Source: a virus
Lineage: Duplodnaviria; Caudoviricetes
Direction: 5' to 3' (one strand)
Length of the DNA stretch: 50,428 bases
Virus record (IMG/VR): IMGVR_UViG_3300020044_002789
Location: 1 to 50,428 of that record
A program made the translations under genes and the position numbers. The notes beneath the pieces were generated by a model, which was not told the DNA's origin, did not search any database, and saw only the letters and a program-made list of their open reading frames with translations. Shown in pieces: positions 35,182 to 44,837 of this stretch (within the stretch, counting starts at the first letter, position 1; each line of letters opens with the position of its first letter).

Positions 35182-36252
35182 TTAAGCTGCTGCGGTTACC
35201 CACACGCCAAGCAAGCCTTGAGGCTGGAACTTGACCATAAACTTAACGCTGTCTTCACCCTCGGTGTCATCCATAACTGCGTCAGCGATGAACTTGAATA
35301 CATTCACCTTGTCAGATTCTGCGATGTCGCCAACTCCGGCTCCGATTCGTGTAACTAGGTAGCCACCAACGCGAGTGCTGGTAGCAGCCTTGAAGGTGTC
35401 GTATGCCTCAGCATATGCACCAGTGGTCTCCGACTTGATTCCTCGGAAGAATGTCAGCGAACCAGCAAACTGCGAGAAGCCCTTCGACTGAGCGTTTGCA
35501 GCATCTGCAATGCCCTTGTCGTCAATCTTGTTCGAGTCTGAAGCTCCGAGCTCGTAGCCATCCCATGCGATTGCATTGGTGAGCTTGACTCCATCATTTA
35601 CGATTGCTGCTGATGGTGTTGCAAGGAAGGTTGCTTCGTTGCTTACATCGGCCTGTGGGACCCAGTAAACAGCAACATTCGCGTTAGACTGCATCTTGGT
35701 TCCAACTGTAGATGCAAGAGCAGGACCAGCGCCAGCTGTGCCTGAACCAACTGCAATGTTAACCTTGACTTCACCAGTGGTCAGGAAGCGAGCACCTAGC
35801 ATAATCATAGCGCCGTCAGCAACAATGTCAACAGGATTGTCGGTGGTTACACCGAAGATGCTGATTAGGTCGCCAGTAGCGAAAGCTGCGTTGTGAGCCT
35901 TGCCAATGCGCTTGATTAGGTAATACTTGGTTCCAGCAGCAACTGTGAATAGGTCGCGGAACTTGTTGTATACCGAGCTTGCGCTCAAGCTTGCATCGCG
36001 GAAGCCGTCTAGCGAAGCCTCGTAGTTGTAAAGGGTTGGGGTTGAAACCTGAGCATTGTCGGTTACTGACAACGAGTTGTCAACATCCGAGTCAGTCATG
36101 TTCAATGTGTAGTTATCTGCAATTGCTTGCGAGATGTTGAAGACCTTTGTTGGGGCAGTCATTTCTGCTAGGGTAGGAGCAGCCCAGTTTGCAAAAGCAT
36201 CTGCGGTAGCTACATAAATACCAACATTAGGTCGAAGGAGCTTTGTAGGCAT
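35182..36252 (-). CDS. Major tail tube protein (internally duplicated)
   Basis: Position before chaperones; two similar halves. Confidence 0.85.
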   Translation of the reverse strand: MPTKLLRPNVGIYVATADAFANWAAPTLAEMTAPTKVFNISQAIADNYTLNMTDSDVDNSLSVTDNAQVSTPTLYNYEASLDGFRDASLSASSVYNKFRDLFTVAAGTKYYLIKRIGKAHNAAFATGDLISIFGVTTDNPVDIVADGAMIMLGARFLTTGEVKVNIAVGSGTAGAGPALASTVGTKMQSNANVAVYWVPQADVSNEATFLATPSAAIVNDGVKLTNAIAWDGYELGASDSNKIDDKGIADAANAQSKGFSQFAGSLTFFRGIKSETTGAYAEAYDTFKAATSTRVGGYLVTRIGAGVGDIAESDKVNVFKFIADAVMDDTEGEDSVKFMVKFQPQGLLGVWVTAAA

Positions 36253-36262
36253 CTTCTATTCC

Positions 36263-36460
36263 TTACTTAGTAGTTTCTGACTTAGCCACTACTGGCTCAG
36301 TCGCTGGAGCTGGCTGCTCCTTGGGTGTTGTTTTTGTATTTGGAGCAGCCTGAACTTCGTCAGTAACCAAGACTAGGTTCTTGCCCAAAACTGGGTGATT
36401 AAGATAGTGTTCCGGAACCTCTAGTTCAACTCCGGTAACAACATTCTTTACATAAGACAT
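36263..36460 (-). CDS. Small hypothetical virion-module protein
   Basis: MSYVKNVVTG...HPVLGKNL; AAGGA RBS. Confidence 0.7.
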   Translation of the reverse strand: MSYVKNVVTGVELEVPEHYLNHPVLGKNLVLVTDEVQAAPNTKTTPKEQPAPATEPVVAKSETTK

Positions 36461-36487
36461 TGTATTCCTTCCATGCTATGTTCTATT

Positions 36488-36907
36488 CTACCATACGCTG
36501 TCAAGTGCGAACTCAAATGTGATTTCGCTTACATAGCGTAATGGCCTTGCGTTTCCATCAATATAAGTGAATGGAGATATTGCTGGGACAAGCTCACCGG
36601 AACCAGTAGTTCTGAACCCAGTTAGCTTTTCCCTCACCAATCCTGCAACCTGACGAGAGGAACGCTGGTTTGGACCGATGCACAGAACAGTGACAGATGA
36701 TTCACCTGCTGCTCCTGCAACACCGGAGATTGGTCTGGCGTTGGTGTCAAGGGTGACACCAGCGTGTTCTACTACAATATAAGGTAGTAAAATGCCATCA
36801 TCGCTAAAGCGAAGTTTTGTTTCTTCTGGAACACCATCGTCATAGACATCCTGTGCAAGCTCCCTGAGCTTGGTTACGATGGCATCCTGAACTTGAATCA
36901 GAGTCAT
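36488..36907 (-). CDS. Tail terminator protein
   Basis: Position and size; LPYIVV motif. Confidence 0.7.
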   Translation of the reverse strand: MTLIQVQDAIVTKLRELAQDVYDDGVPEETKLRFSDDGILLPYIVVEHAGVTLDTNARPISGVAGAAGESSVTVLCIGPNQRSSRQVAGLVREKLTGFRTTGSGELVPAISPFTYIDGNARPLRYVSEITFEFALDSVW

Positions 36908-37512
36908 TTAATTCTATCCATTCTAGATTTTAGAGCCTTAGTAATGTTCTTCTTGAACTGGCTCTGCATGTATCTTGCAGTCTTGGGCACAGCACGCATA
37001 GGAGAAGGGCCTCTTCGAGTTCCGTCTTCTTGGAAGGAGAAGTATCTGTAATACTCACCTGTGCCATCTACCTGCCAACCAACGCCGATTTGCAGGGTGT
37101 CTTTAGTGTTCTTGATTTTACCCTGAACGCTTCTAAGCATACGCTGCGTGTCAATTCTTCCAGCACGCTTGGTTCTATTTGGGGCAGACTTAATAATCTC
37201 TTTGAAGAACTCCTTGCCAGATGCTGCAAGCTCTCTTGAAAGCGACACAACGCTCTCATCAACAGCCTTGTTTAAAACCCTGATTACCTTACTGGAAATA
37301 AGCGTGTTATCCCCGATATCAAAGTTAACCTTCAAAAGCCTACCGGATGAACCAGTGCTTCTAATCTGTGAGTTTATGCGACTCTGCATTGAGTCAAGAG
37401 CTTTACCGACTTCTTTAGCGCCTTGATAGTAGCCAGACTTATCTATTGTAAAAACAATAGCTTTGTTTCCACCAGCTGTAGGTGGTGACTTCTGGTAGCC
37501 GGATTGCGCCAT
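36904..37512 (-). CDS. Neck protein (HK97 gp10-like)
   Basis: GRIDTQRMLRSV...YFSFQEDGT motif; position. Confidence 0.7.
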   Translation of the reverse strand: MAQSGYQKSPPTAGGNKAIVFTIDKSGYYQGAKEVGKALDSMQSRINSQIRSTGSSGRLLKVNFDIGDNTLISSKVIRVLNKAVDESVVSLSRELAASGKEFFKEIIKSAPNRTKRAGRIDTQRMLRSVQGKIKNTKDTLQIGVGWQVDGTGEYYRYFSFQEDGTRRGPSPMRAVPKTARYMQSQFKKNITKALKSRMDRIK

Positions 37513-37513
37513 A

Positions 37514-37997
37514 TTACGCTCCAGTTACATTAGGGTCTAGTTCTACATCCACTCGGCACATCAGCGTGCGCTCCCAAGCGTTCGAGCTGTTTAGCACGCT
37601 TGTAACAACATAAACAAATGCAGACACATTTCCATTTGTTCCATTATCCAAAGCGTTGCCAATGACGCGAACTTGGTAGTTTGGTCTGATGTCTGGAATA
37701 GCGCCATCAGAGCCAGTTACTTCATTTCTACCATTGGAAAGCTGAATTTTTACATTCTGGAATAGGCTAGGGTTGTAGTCATCGCCCTCGTTGCCCGATG
37801 TCATCACAGGTTGGATTCTAGCGTAGCCGGTCCAGACTGGTGGGTTAGTAACAGTCCAAGTGTTAGTAGTCGGGTTGTAAACCTGAGTTGCTGTAGTTGG
37901 TTCGTAGATGTCAACTTTTGAAAGCTCTAGGGCGCGAAGAACTCCCCTGTTGTGCCAAAGCCAACGAGGGTCAACAGAACCGCGAGAGTTTAGAGCC
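37514..37997 (-). CDS. Head-tail stopper/connector (DUF6093-like); start approximate
   Basis: YNPTTNTW...VWTGYARIQP; position after adaptor. Confidence 0.65.
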
Positions 37998-38385
37998 AAG
38001 TGTTTCCCCACTTCACAGCAGGAGGAGCAATAATCAAGGTGTCGTATGAATCTGACAGGTCATCTAAGGCAGCCTCATCCTGAAGGGCTTTGGCCTGAGC
38101 GCGTAGCTCAGCGCCAAGCTTAGCGCCATCGGTCGTGTAATCAGTGGTTCGGATTACCTTATTGATAAGAGCTTCGCTAGTGGCAAGGATGAGCTTGGCT
38201 TGAGCAGCAGCGCGCTTAACATTGTCAGTATAGAGGCTTAGCAAGGCTTGAATCTGAGAATCCGAAAACAGGTATGATGCGTCTGCTGTTGGGTCCTGCA
38301 AGTCGTCTAGCTGCTCGGTGTCAGGAATAAGGAGTCTTACCTGACCTATTGCAGTTGAATAGTTTGGGGGAGTAGTATCTGGCAT
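37990..38385 (-). CDS. Head-to-tail adaptor
   Basis: IGQVRLLIPD...YLFSDSQIQALL...NVKRAAA...TDGAKLGAELRAQA. Confidence 0.8.
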   Translation of the reverse strand: MPDTTPPNYSTAIGQVRLLIPDTEQLDDLQDPTADASYLFSDSQIQALLSLYTDNVKRAAAQAKLILATSEALINKVIRTTDYTTDGAKLGAELRAQAKALQDEAALDDLSDSYDTLIIAPPAVKWGNTWL

Positions 38386-38399
38386 GATTTTATTCTATC

Positions 38400-38525
38400 T
38401 TATCTCTTATTGGTTATGACGATGCCACAAACTCCACAGACGCAAACATCTGCTGGGTTTTCCACTGGAATCTCGTATCCAGCATTTTCGCATCCTGTTG
38501 TTTCGCAAATTAGTGTTACTATCAT
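38400..38525 (-). CDS. Small Cys-rich protein following fibre gene (41 aa)
   Basis: Hand translation [16 protein letters not shown]...CVCGVCG; TAATG coupling. Confidence 0.65.
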   Translation of the reverse strand: MIVTLICETTGCENAGYEIPVENPADVCVCGVCGIVITNKR

Positions 38526-40783
38526 TATCCTGCTGCTGCTCCTGATGTCATTTGAATTGCTTGCCATTGATATGAGTATGTTGCTCCGGTTGCGTCAGAC
38601 ACATTTCTCATTGTAATTGTAAAGCCAGTAGATGAAACGCCCGAGAATGAAACTGTGTGACGAGGCGATGAAGCTGAGCCTGTCATAATAGGTGCAACGC
38701 TAAATCTTCCGACAGGGAATGTAAGCGTAAAGCCCTCAGAGCCATTTACAAGCAAGGCTGTTCCATTGGTAGCTGAGCCGGCTGCCATGCGATAAGGTAT
38801 GCCAGATGAACCCGGTAGCTGAATGTCTGTAATCTGGCTCACAGTGTGAGTATGCGATGTGTTCGCCTTTCCAGAAAGTAAGGAGTTAACTTCAGTTTCG
38901 GTGTAGGCATCCGTAATGCCATAGCCAGCAACTGTGGTTGGATTACTTCCTGCTGTTACTCTACCTTTCAAGTCAACAGTCACAGATTTGTATGTGCCGG
39001 CAGTAACACCGCTGTTGGCTAGAGTTGTTGTAATTGCAGTCGCGCCAGAGCCAGTTACATCACCAGAGAGTGTCACAGTCTGGTTGCCAGTTAGATAGGA
39101 ACCAGCTGGCTGTATGCCAGCCTCAGCCAGAGTATTGTTAACCCAAGCTGTTCCATTCCATTTTAAAAGCTCGCCAGAGGCATTGCTACTAATGGTCACA
39201 TTTGACAGTGAGTCTAGTGTGTGGTTATGGTTTCCAAGCGCGACAGTTGTGCTGGTTGTTCCAGTTGGGATGCGAGCAATCGCAAGTGTTCCAGAAGTGA
39301 CATCACCAGCTGCGTGGGTGTGGCTTGTGTTGGCTTTTCCAGATAGTCCTGTATCAACTTCTGTTTTTGTGTAAGCGTCAGCAATTCCGTAACCAGCTAG
39401 AGTTGTCGCGTCATCCGCCTTGCCATCCAACGCAGACTGCAAGCCTGTAACATTAGCAATTGTATGAGTGTGGCCTACGGCCGATATGCCAGCCTCAGCT
39501 AGAGTCTTGTTCTCCCAGAGGTTGCTGGCAGTTCTTTGAATAACTTCACCAGCAGCAGGAGCACTGATTAGCGCATCGTGAAGCTCGTTAAGTTCAAAAC
39601 CATTCTGTGGCTTAACAAAAATCTCACCATTATTGCTGTTCACGCGAGTAACAATACCAACAAAAACAAGATGAGCAGGGGCAATGGGCTTGCTTACCAA
39701 GCCATAAATAAGATTGCCTGAAGTGCCAAGCCATACTGGGTCGCCAGCGCTCGCAGTTGAAGTGTCAAGCCCAGCCAGTAAGCCTTCTGTAATTACTTTT
39801 ACTTTAGCATTAGTAGAGCCACCAGTTTCAAGTAGACCCAAGGTTTTAGAAGAGGTAGCCTCAGATGCGTTAGACGCTTTAGACACAATCATGTTCGTGC
39901 CATCCGCAGAAGACACATAAACTGCTTGACCTTTGGCAATTGCTTCGCCAAGTTTAACTTCATGCTTTAGCTGGGAAGTCCAGTTAGCGTAGTTGTCAAT
40001 CCATTGAGTATTGTAGTCTGTTCCGTCAACCTTAGCAAGAATCTGTCCAGCAGTTCCACCAGAAGCAATGCCGGGCCCAGCAGGGCCAGTAGCACCAGTG
40101 GCACCAGTAGCTCCAGTAGCACCAGTGTCACCTTGCGGTCCTTGAGGACCTTCAAGCGAAGCAAGCCACTCAGCTTCGGTTCCAGTGAATCCATTTAGCT
40201 GTGCTACCTGATAAGCGGATAGGCCAGTTAGACCTTGGTCTCCCTTGTCGCCCTTTGGTCCGGTTGAACCAGTGTCACCCTTAACTCCTTGGATACCTTG
40301 AGGGCCAGTCTCTCCTTGAATACCCTGAGCGCCCTGTGGTCCAGTTTCACCTTGGATGCCCTGAATACCTTGGATGCCTTGGATACCCTGTTCTCCAGTG
40401 TCGCCTTTTGCGCCAGTGTCGCCTTTCGCGCCAGTGTCACCTTTTAAGCCTTGGATTCCCTGAATACCCTGCTCGCCCTGCGGTCCAGTCTCGCCCTGAA
40501 TACCCTGTGGGCCTTGGTCACCAGTGTCGCCTTTAAGACCCTGCTCACCCTGAATACCTTGGATACCCTGCGGTCCTTGGTCACCCTGTGGGCCTTCTGG
40601 TCCCTGTGGGCCTTCTGGTCCAGTTGGACCCTGTGGACCGGGCGTGCCAGTTCCAGACGAGCTTCCGCCTCCGCCACCTACGCCAATAGGTCGCTTGTCA
40701 AGCTTTTTGATTTCATACTCAACCTTGTCAGTCCATTCTTGCGACTGAGGAGGGAGATTTGTGTCTGGAAAGTAGATTGCCAT
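38525..40783 (-). CDS. Collagen-like fibre protein
   Basis: Long Gly-X-Y tract, [24 protein letters not shown](A) repeats, H-type-lectin-like C-terminus. Confidence 0.85.
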   Translation of the reverse strand: MAIYFPDTNLPPQSQEWTDKVEYEIKKLDKRPIGVGGGGGSSSGTGTPGPQGPTGPEGPQGPEGPQGDQGPQGIQGIQGEQGLKGDTGDQGPQGIQGETGPQGEQGIQGIQGLKGDTGAKGDTGAKGDTGEQGIQGIQGIQGIQGETGPQGAQGIQGETGPQGIQGVKGDTGSTGPKGDKGDQGLTGLSAYQVAQLNGFTGTEAEWLASLEGPQGPQGDTGATGATGATGATGPAGPGIASGGTAGQILAKVDGTDYNTQWIDNYANWTSQLKHEVKLGEAIAKGQAVYVSSADGTNMIVSKASNASEATSSKTLGLLETGGSTNAKVKVITEGLLAGLDTSTASAGDPVWLGTSGNLIYGLVSKPIAPAHLVFVGIVTRVNSNNGEIFVKPQNGFELNELHDALISAPAAGEVIQRTASNLWENKTLAEAGISAVGHTHTIANVTGLQSALDGKADDATTLAGYGIADAYTKTEVDTGLSGKANTSHTHAAGDVTSGTLAIARIPTGTTSTTVALGNHNHTLDSLSNVTISSNASGELLKWNGTAWVNNTLAEAGIQPAGSYLTGNQTVTLSGDVTGSGATAITTTLANSGVTAGTYKSVTVDLKGRVTAGSNPTTVAGYGITDAYTETEVNSLLSGKANTSHTHTVSQITDIQLPGSSGIPYRMAAGSATNGTALLVNGSEGFTLTFPVGRFSVAPIMTGSASSPRHTVSFSGVSSTGFTITMRNVSDATGATYSYQWQAIQMTSGAAAG
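40070..40640 (-). repeat. Collagen Gly-X-Y coding repeats
   Basis: Repeated [15 protein letters not shown] codon blocks. Confidence 0.9.
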
Positions 40784-40806
40784 AGTTATACTATTCTACC
40801 ATGAGT

Positions 40807-40882
40807 AAAAGAAAACCCCCCGGAGCAAAAGCTCAACAGGGGGTTTTCACACACAACACACAGTCAGGAGGTAACTATGTGT
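40807..40882 (-). ncRNA. Candidate ~75-nt sRNA: anti-SD hairpin plus intrinsic terminator
   Basis: -10 TATAAT at 40887-40892; 11-bp stem with loop CCUCC (40867-40871); terminator stem GAAAACCCC/GGGGTTTTC and U-tract. Confidence 0.55.
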
Positions 40883-40894
40883 TTCTATTATATC

Positions 40895-42928
40895 TTACTT
40901 TTGATTTTCTACGATTAGTTTGACTTCGCAAGCATCTGTAGTGCAGTAAGCATCGCCAACAGCATCGGCAGCCATCCCAGCGTAAACACCAGAGAAGTCA
41001 ATCTTGAACAGGCTGTCTGCATATTCTTCGTATCGCTCTTTGGTAATCTGCTGGTAAGGCATCTGTGGATACACATGGTTGCCAGATGGCAAGAATGATA
41101 CAGTCTTCAACTGACCATCATACATGTGCAATACAGTTCCAACATCATCCGCTTCCTTCTCTGGGTCGAAAGACACAGTAACAGAAACCGAATTATCTGA
41201 CCAGTAACGCTGTGTAGTAGCTGCTAGGTTCATCTTCTCGAAGATTGACACATCGCGCTCAGCACGCTTTGCACCAGACTTCACAGGGAAGAACACTACC
41301 GAAGTTCCAACCGGGTCTTCAGAGGCTGGCTCTACTGTGTAGTTTGCCATCTTGAATAGCGGAAGCATTGGGTCTGAGTTTCCAAAGCGGATTGCGCGAA
41401 GGAAGTATTCGCCACCCGGAGTCCAGTGAACACCCGGTGATTCTCCAGCTAGGATAGACACAGTTCCTGATGGCTTGACTGTCGTAGTCTTCACAGACTC
41501 GCGAACACCCATCCACTCAGAGTAAGACTTGTCATACGCGCCAACTGCCTCGTAGCCCTTGTCTAGCCATTCACGCAACACAGGCAAGCCCTTGTTGTCA
41601 GCGAAGTTAGCAACACCAGAAACTGAGGTTCCAATACGGCGGTTACGCTGCATGATGGCATTGGTCTCTTCCCAGTGGGTAGGTAGCAATGTTACAGTCT
41701 TAGCGTAGAGGTAAGCGAACTTGAGTGTGCGCTTAAAGTCCTCTAGCGACTCGTGGCGGTTCAAGTAAGTCTCGACCAAGGTGCACATCTCGAACGACTC
41801 CAAAGACTGCTCAGCGCATGGATTATAGCCAACTACGCGCCAGTCCTTGTTGTTTGGAGCGTCAATCAAGCGACCATACTTTCGAGACATATCCATCCAG
41901 ATAACACCCGGCTCACCATTGCGAACAATGCCATCCACGATTGGAGAGAAGTCTGTTCCCACAGAAACCTCAACCGAGTTGTTTGACATCCAAGCCCAGC
42001 CCGGAGTCTCCGCATCGTAAGAGTTACGCTCAGGGAAACGCTCTGCGTTCTTCAAGTTGAGGAAGTCCTCATCGTCAATGCGACCAATGAGAAGCTCAGC
42101 AGAACGGCGAACATTTCCAGAAACCACACAGACACCAATCATGTTACCGATGTCAGCAATGTCTCTGCGAGTCAAAGCCTCGCCAGCGCGACCAATGAAC
42201 AGCTTTCTAATCTGGTTGTGCAACTTGATTAGTGGGTCTGCTCCAGAAGCCGTTCCACCGAATCCCTTAATTGGAGTTCCGTATGGGCGAATCTGGTCGT
42301 AGTCAAAGTCCCAGTTCTTCTGGTCTGGCTTCAAGAACGAATTGATGAGAGCCATCGTGGACTCAGCCCAGCCTTCGCGAGTATCAGGAATGACATACTC
42401 AGATGGCTCTGCTGGCTGGTGAATGGTGAAACCCTTGTCGGCTCCCTTGTCATCAAAACCAACACCAACACCAAGCATCGAAGCTTCCATCAAGAAGCCG
42501 AATGGCTTAGCTGGGTTATTCTTGGTCATCTCGTTGGTCGAGACAAAAGCACAGTTCTGCAACGCTGCTGAGTTCTTTTGCTCGTTTACGATTTTAGTTC
42601 CCATGACCCATAGTCCACGACCCGGAGGGGTCCATTTAAGGGTGAATAGGCGGTCGAACGCTTCCTTGGCTGATGCCTGAGCCTTATTGTCGTTCCAAGG
42701 CAGCCTAGAGGCCTTACAGTGGTCTTTCTGAAGGGAATACATGCCATTGATTACGCGCTCGCAGACTTCAGCCCAAGTCTCCTTGGTTCCATCATCCTTT
42801 TTGCGTGAGTAAGTTCTTAGAAATGTAATCTCTCCCACAGAGTTTCCAGCTACATCTTGGTAGCCGAATGGTGATTCTTTTTTCCGGTATTCGTTAACGA
42901 AATCTTCGGATAATTTGAATGAAAAAAT
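40895..42928 (-). CDS. nrdJ: Class II (B12-dependent) ribonucleotide reductase, monomeric type; proposed ATT start
   Basis: RTYSR, PPGRGLW, LQNC, NVRRSAE, NPCAEQ, TVKPSGT, C-terminal CTTDAC; frame open 30 codons upstream of GTG 42838. Confidence 0.92.
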   Translation of the reverse strand: MFSFKLSEDFVNEYRKKESPFGYQDVAGNSVGEITFLRTYSRKKDDGTKETWAEVCERVINGMYSLQKDHCKASRLPWNDNKAQASAKEAFDRLFTLKWTPPGRGLWVMGTKIVNEQKNSAALQNCAFVSTNEMTKNNPAKPFGFLMEASMLGVGVGFDDKGADKGFTIHQPAEPSEYVIPDTREGWAESTMALINSFLKPDQKNWDFDYDQIRPYGTPIKGFGGTASGADPLIKLHNQIRKLFIGRAGEALTRRDIADIGNMIGVCVVSGNVRRSAELLIGRIDDEDFLNLKNAERFPERNSYDAETPGWAWMSNNSVEVSVGTDFSPIVDGIVRNGEPGVIWMDMSRKYGRLIDAPNNKDWRVVGYNPCAEQSLESFEMCTLVETYLNRHESLEDFKRTLKFAYLYAKTVTLLPTHWEETNAIMQRNRRIGTSVSGVANFADNKGLPVLREWLDKGYEAVGAYDKSYSEWMGVRESVKTTTVKPSGTVSILAGESPGVHWTPGGEYFLRAIRFGNSDPMLPLFKMANYTVEPASEDPVGTSVVFFPVKSGAKRAERDVSIFEKMNLAATTQRYWSDNSVSVTVSFDPEKEADDVGTVLHMYDGQLKTVSFLPSGNHVYPQMPYQQITKERYEEYADSLFKIDFSGVYAGMAADAVGDAYCTTDACEVKLIVENQK

Positions 42929-42992
42929 AGTAAACTCCTCCTTTAAGGTTAGTTGGTTTGGTTTGGTTGGTCTACCATTATAACACTGATTA

Positions 42993-43028
42993 GAAAACCC
43001 CCGGGGAGGTTATCCACCGGGGGCTGAA
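42993..43028 (-). terminator. Intrinsic terminator after NlpC/P60 gene
   Basis: CCCCCGG/CCGGGGG stem followed by TTTT on - strand. Confidence 0.75.
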
Positions 43029-43032
43029 ACTT

Positions 43033-43590
43033 CTAATCTAGTATTCTTGTGTAACTGACTTTAGAGTTTCCGTTCCATTTGGCCCACTCTGAAACTTCAA
43101 CTATTGAAGTCATGTCACCACGCTTTCCGCCAGCGTGAATCATTTTTCCATTACCTATGTAGATACCCACATGGTAAGCGCTTTTTCCTTTACTGTAAGC
43201 AAACGCAACAATGTCTCCGAGCTTTGGTTTTGAAACCATTGTGCCAGAACCTTTTTGGGCTGTGGCACTGTGCACAAGAGTAACATCGAGTTGCTCGTAA
43301 TACCACATAACAAGACCTGAGCAATCCCAGCCTCTTGGAGTCGAGCCTGTTGGAATGTAATGAACATCACCAACCAGCAACCTGAGCTTATTGATATTTT
43401 CTTTTATTGCGTTTTTGTTATATTCCTTCTTGGCATCACTTAGCCAGCTTGAAGCTGTAAAAACTGTGATGTCTTCGCTGGTAAAACTCTGGCTCACTGC
43501 AACCTCTTTATGGGTTAGCGGAATAGCAGCAGCTGGAGTTCCAGCAATTGATATAAACATGGCTAAAGCAGCCGATGTCAACCATTTCAT
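43033..43590 (-). CDS. Secreted NlpC/P60 (C40) cell-wall peptidase
   Basis: Signal peptide; GWDCSGLV, HVGIYIGNGKMIHA catalytic motifs. Confidence 0.9.
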   Translation of the reverse strand: MKWLTSAALAMFISIAGTPAAAIPLTHKEVAVSQSFTSEDITVFTASSWLSDAKKEYNKNAIKENINKLRLLVGDVHYIPTGSTPRGWDCSGLVMWYYEQLDVTLVHSATAQKGSGTMVSKPKLGDIVAFAYSKGKSAYHVGIYIGNGKMIHAGGKRGDMTSIVEVSEWAKWNGNSKVSYTRILD

Positions 43591-43671
43591 TTAGCGACCT
43601 ACCTTTCTATTGGTTAGTTCAGTCGTTTATTGTCTTGGCCCATCTATTCAGTTGTTCGTCTATTATACCAC

Positions 43672-43708
43672 AAAAAACAGAAAACCCCCAACCGAAGTTG
43701 AGGGTCTC
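43672..43708 (-). terminator. Intrinsic terminator after major capsid gene
   Basis: ACCCTCAAC-TTCG-GTTGGGGGT hairpin plus TTTTCTGTTTTTT on - strand. Confidence 0.8.
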
Positions 43709-43723
43709 TGTTTAGAGCTAGGT

Positions 43724-44824
43724 TTAGCTACCTGCACCTGTCGAGGCGATTGTTCCAGCAGGAACAATGAAGCCACCAGTTGCAATGTGGCGAATACGCA
43801 TCTCGAAGTCATCGTTGTCGAATCCACCTTCGCGAGCAGGAACTGCACCGCCACCTAGGTATAGACCCGAGTTCGACTTGACGCGAAGCTCTGGAGCCTC
43901 GTGTCCACGAAGGAAGCCAAGGGCAACAGCAGGGTTTAGCGACTGTCCCGGAACTGGAATCAAGAACCAGTAAGCACCGGCTCCAGAGTTAATCTTTGTA
44001 ATCCAGTCGTTAACAACAATCTCAATCTGCGAACCGATTGGGTTTCCGGTTACTGTCGAGGTAACAACATCGCCAACAGTGGTCTCGGTGCGAACCTGCT
44101 GGATAGCAAGGATACGCTTTGCGGTCATCTCAAGCGAGCGAGGGATAACTAGAGCGAAACGAGTTACTGGGGTGATTAGAGTGCCGTTGAAGGTCTGCTT
44201 GTTAGCAGCTTCGATAGCAGCCTCAAGCGACTCAAGGGTAAGAGCAGCGTTGCCAGATAGTAGGTTCTGGTTGGCCGACTTGAAGTTGGTGGTGTTTAGA
44301 CCGCCAGCAGCAACAAGCTGCTTGGTAACTTCTTCGTCTTCCTTGCCGGCAGCCTTCTGAGCAAGCTCAATAGGTAGACGCTCTAGGAGACCAATCTGAC
44401 CATCGTTGATGATGGCTTCCCAGCTGAAGCGGATACGCTGACCAGCTTTTTTGACAGCCATTGTCTGCTCGGTTACATTGAACCAACCAGCGGTAGGGTA
44501 TTCGTCATACTCACCAACAGTTGGAAGTGAACCATCGCGGAACACATCGCCTTGGTTGTTCTTGCCTTCGTCTTCGTAACGCATTGACTGGAAAGTCACT
44601 GGGCGGAAGTCGTCAACAACTAGGCGAGTAGCGAAGCGGTCCCAGACCTTTGGCTGAACTGCGTAGTTCTCAAGCATGATTTTATTGATGGTTGGAGCCA
44701 ACTGCACAGGTAGGTCGCTAGTTGCGATACCTTCCTGAAGCTTTAGCTTGTCGGTGCGGTCGCCACGAAGAGCGCCTTCGAGAAGCTTAGCAGCTTCTAC
44801 CTGACGAGTAGTAATGTTTTCCAT
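43724..44824 (-). CDS. Major capsid protein
   Basis: EGIATSDLP, VVDDFRP, FSWEAIIND, GFLRGHEAPEL, GGFDNDDFEMRIRH; Mu gpT-like actinophage type. Confidence 0.9.
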   Translation of the reverse strand: MENITTRQVEAAKLLEGALRGDRTDKLKLQEGIATSDLPVQLAPTINKIMLENYAVQPKVWDRFATRLVVDDFRPVTFQSMRYEDEGKNNQGDVFRDGSLPTVGEYDEYPTAGWFNVTEQTMAVKKAGQRIRFSWEAIINDGQIGLLERLPIELAQKAAGKEDEEVTKQLVAAGGLNTTNFKSANQNLLSGNAALTLESLEAAIEAANKQTFNGTLITPVTRFALVIPRSLEMTAKRILAIQQVRTETTVGDVVTSTVTGNPIGSQIEIVVNDWITKINSGAGAYWFLIPVPGQSLNPAVALGFLRGHEAPELRVKSNSGLYLGGGAVPAREGGFDNDDFEMRIRHIATGGFIVPAGTIASTGAGS

Positions 44825-44837
44825 GATTTACCTAACC

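Noticed and set aside
40877-40918. + strand AGGAGG-ATG mini-ORF MCFYYILLLIFYD (type I toxin-like)
   Set aside because: No + strand promoter seen and it is antisense to the nrdJ end. G-U pairs and the TATAAT favour the - strand RNA. Not fully excluded.
43010-43018. DnaA-box-like TTATCCACC
   Set aside because: One mismatch, isolated, and inside a terminator hairpin.
43591-43660. c-di-AMP (ydaO) riboswitch upstream of NlpC/P60
   Set aside because: The leader is only about 65 nt and lacks the conserved helices; only a CTAACC-like fragment resembles it.
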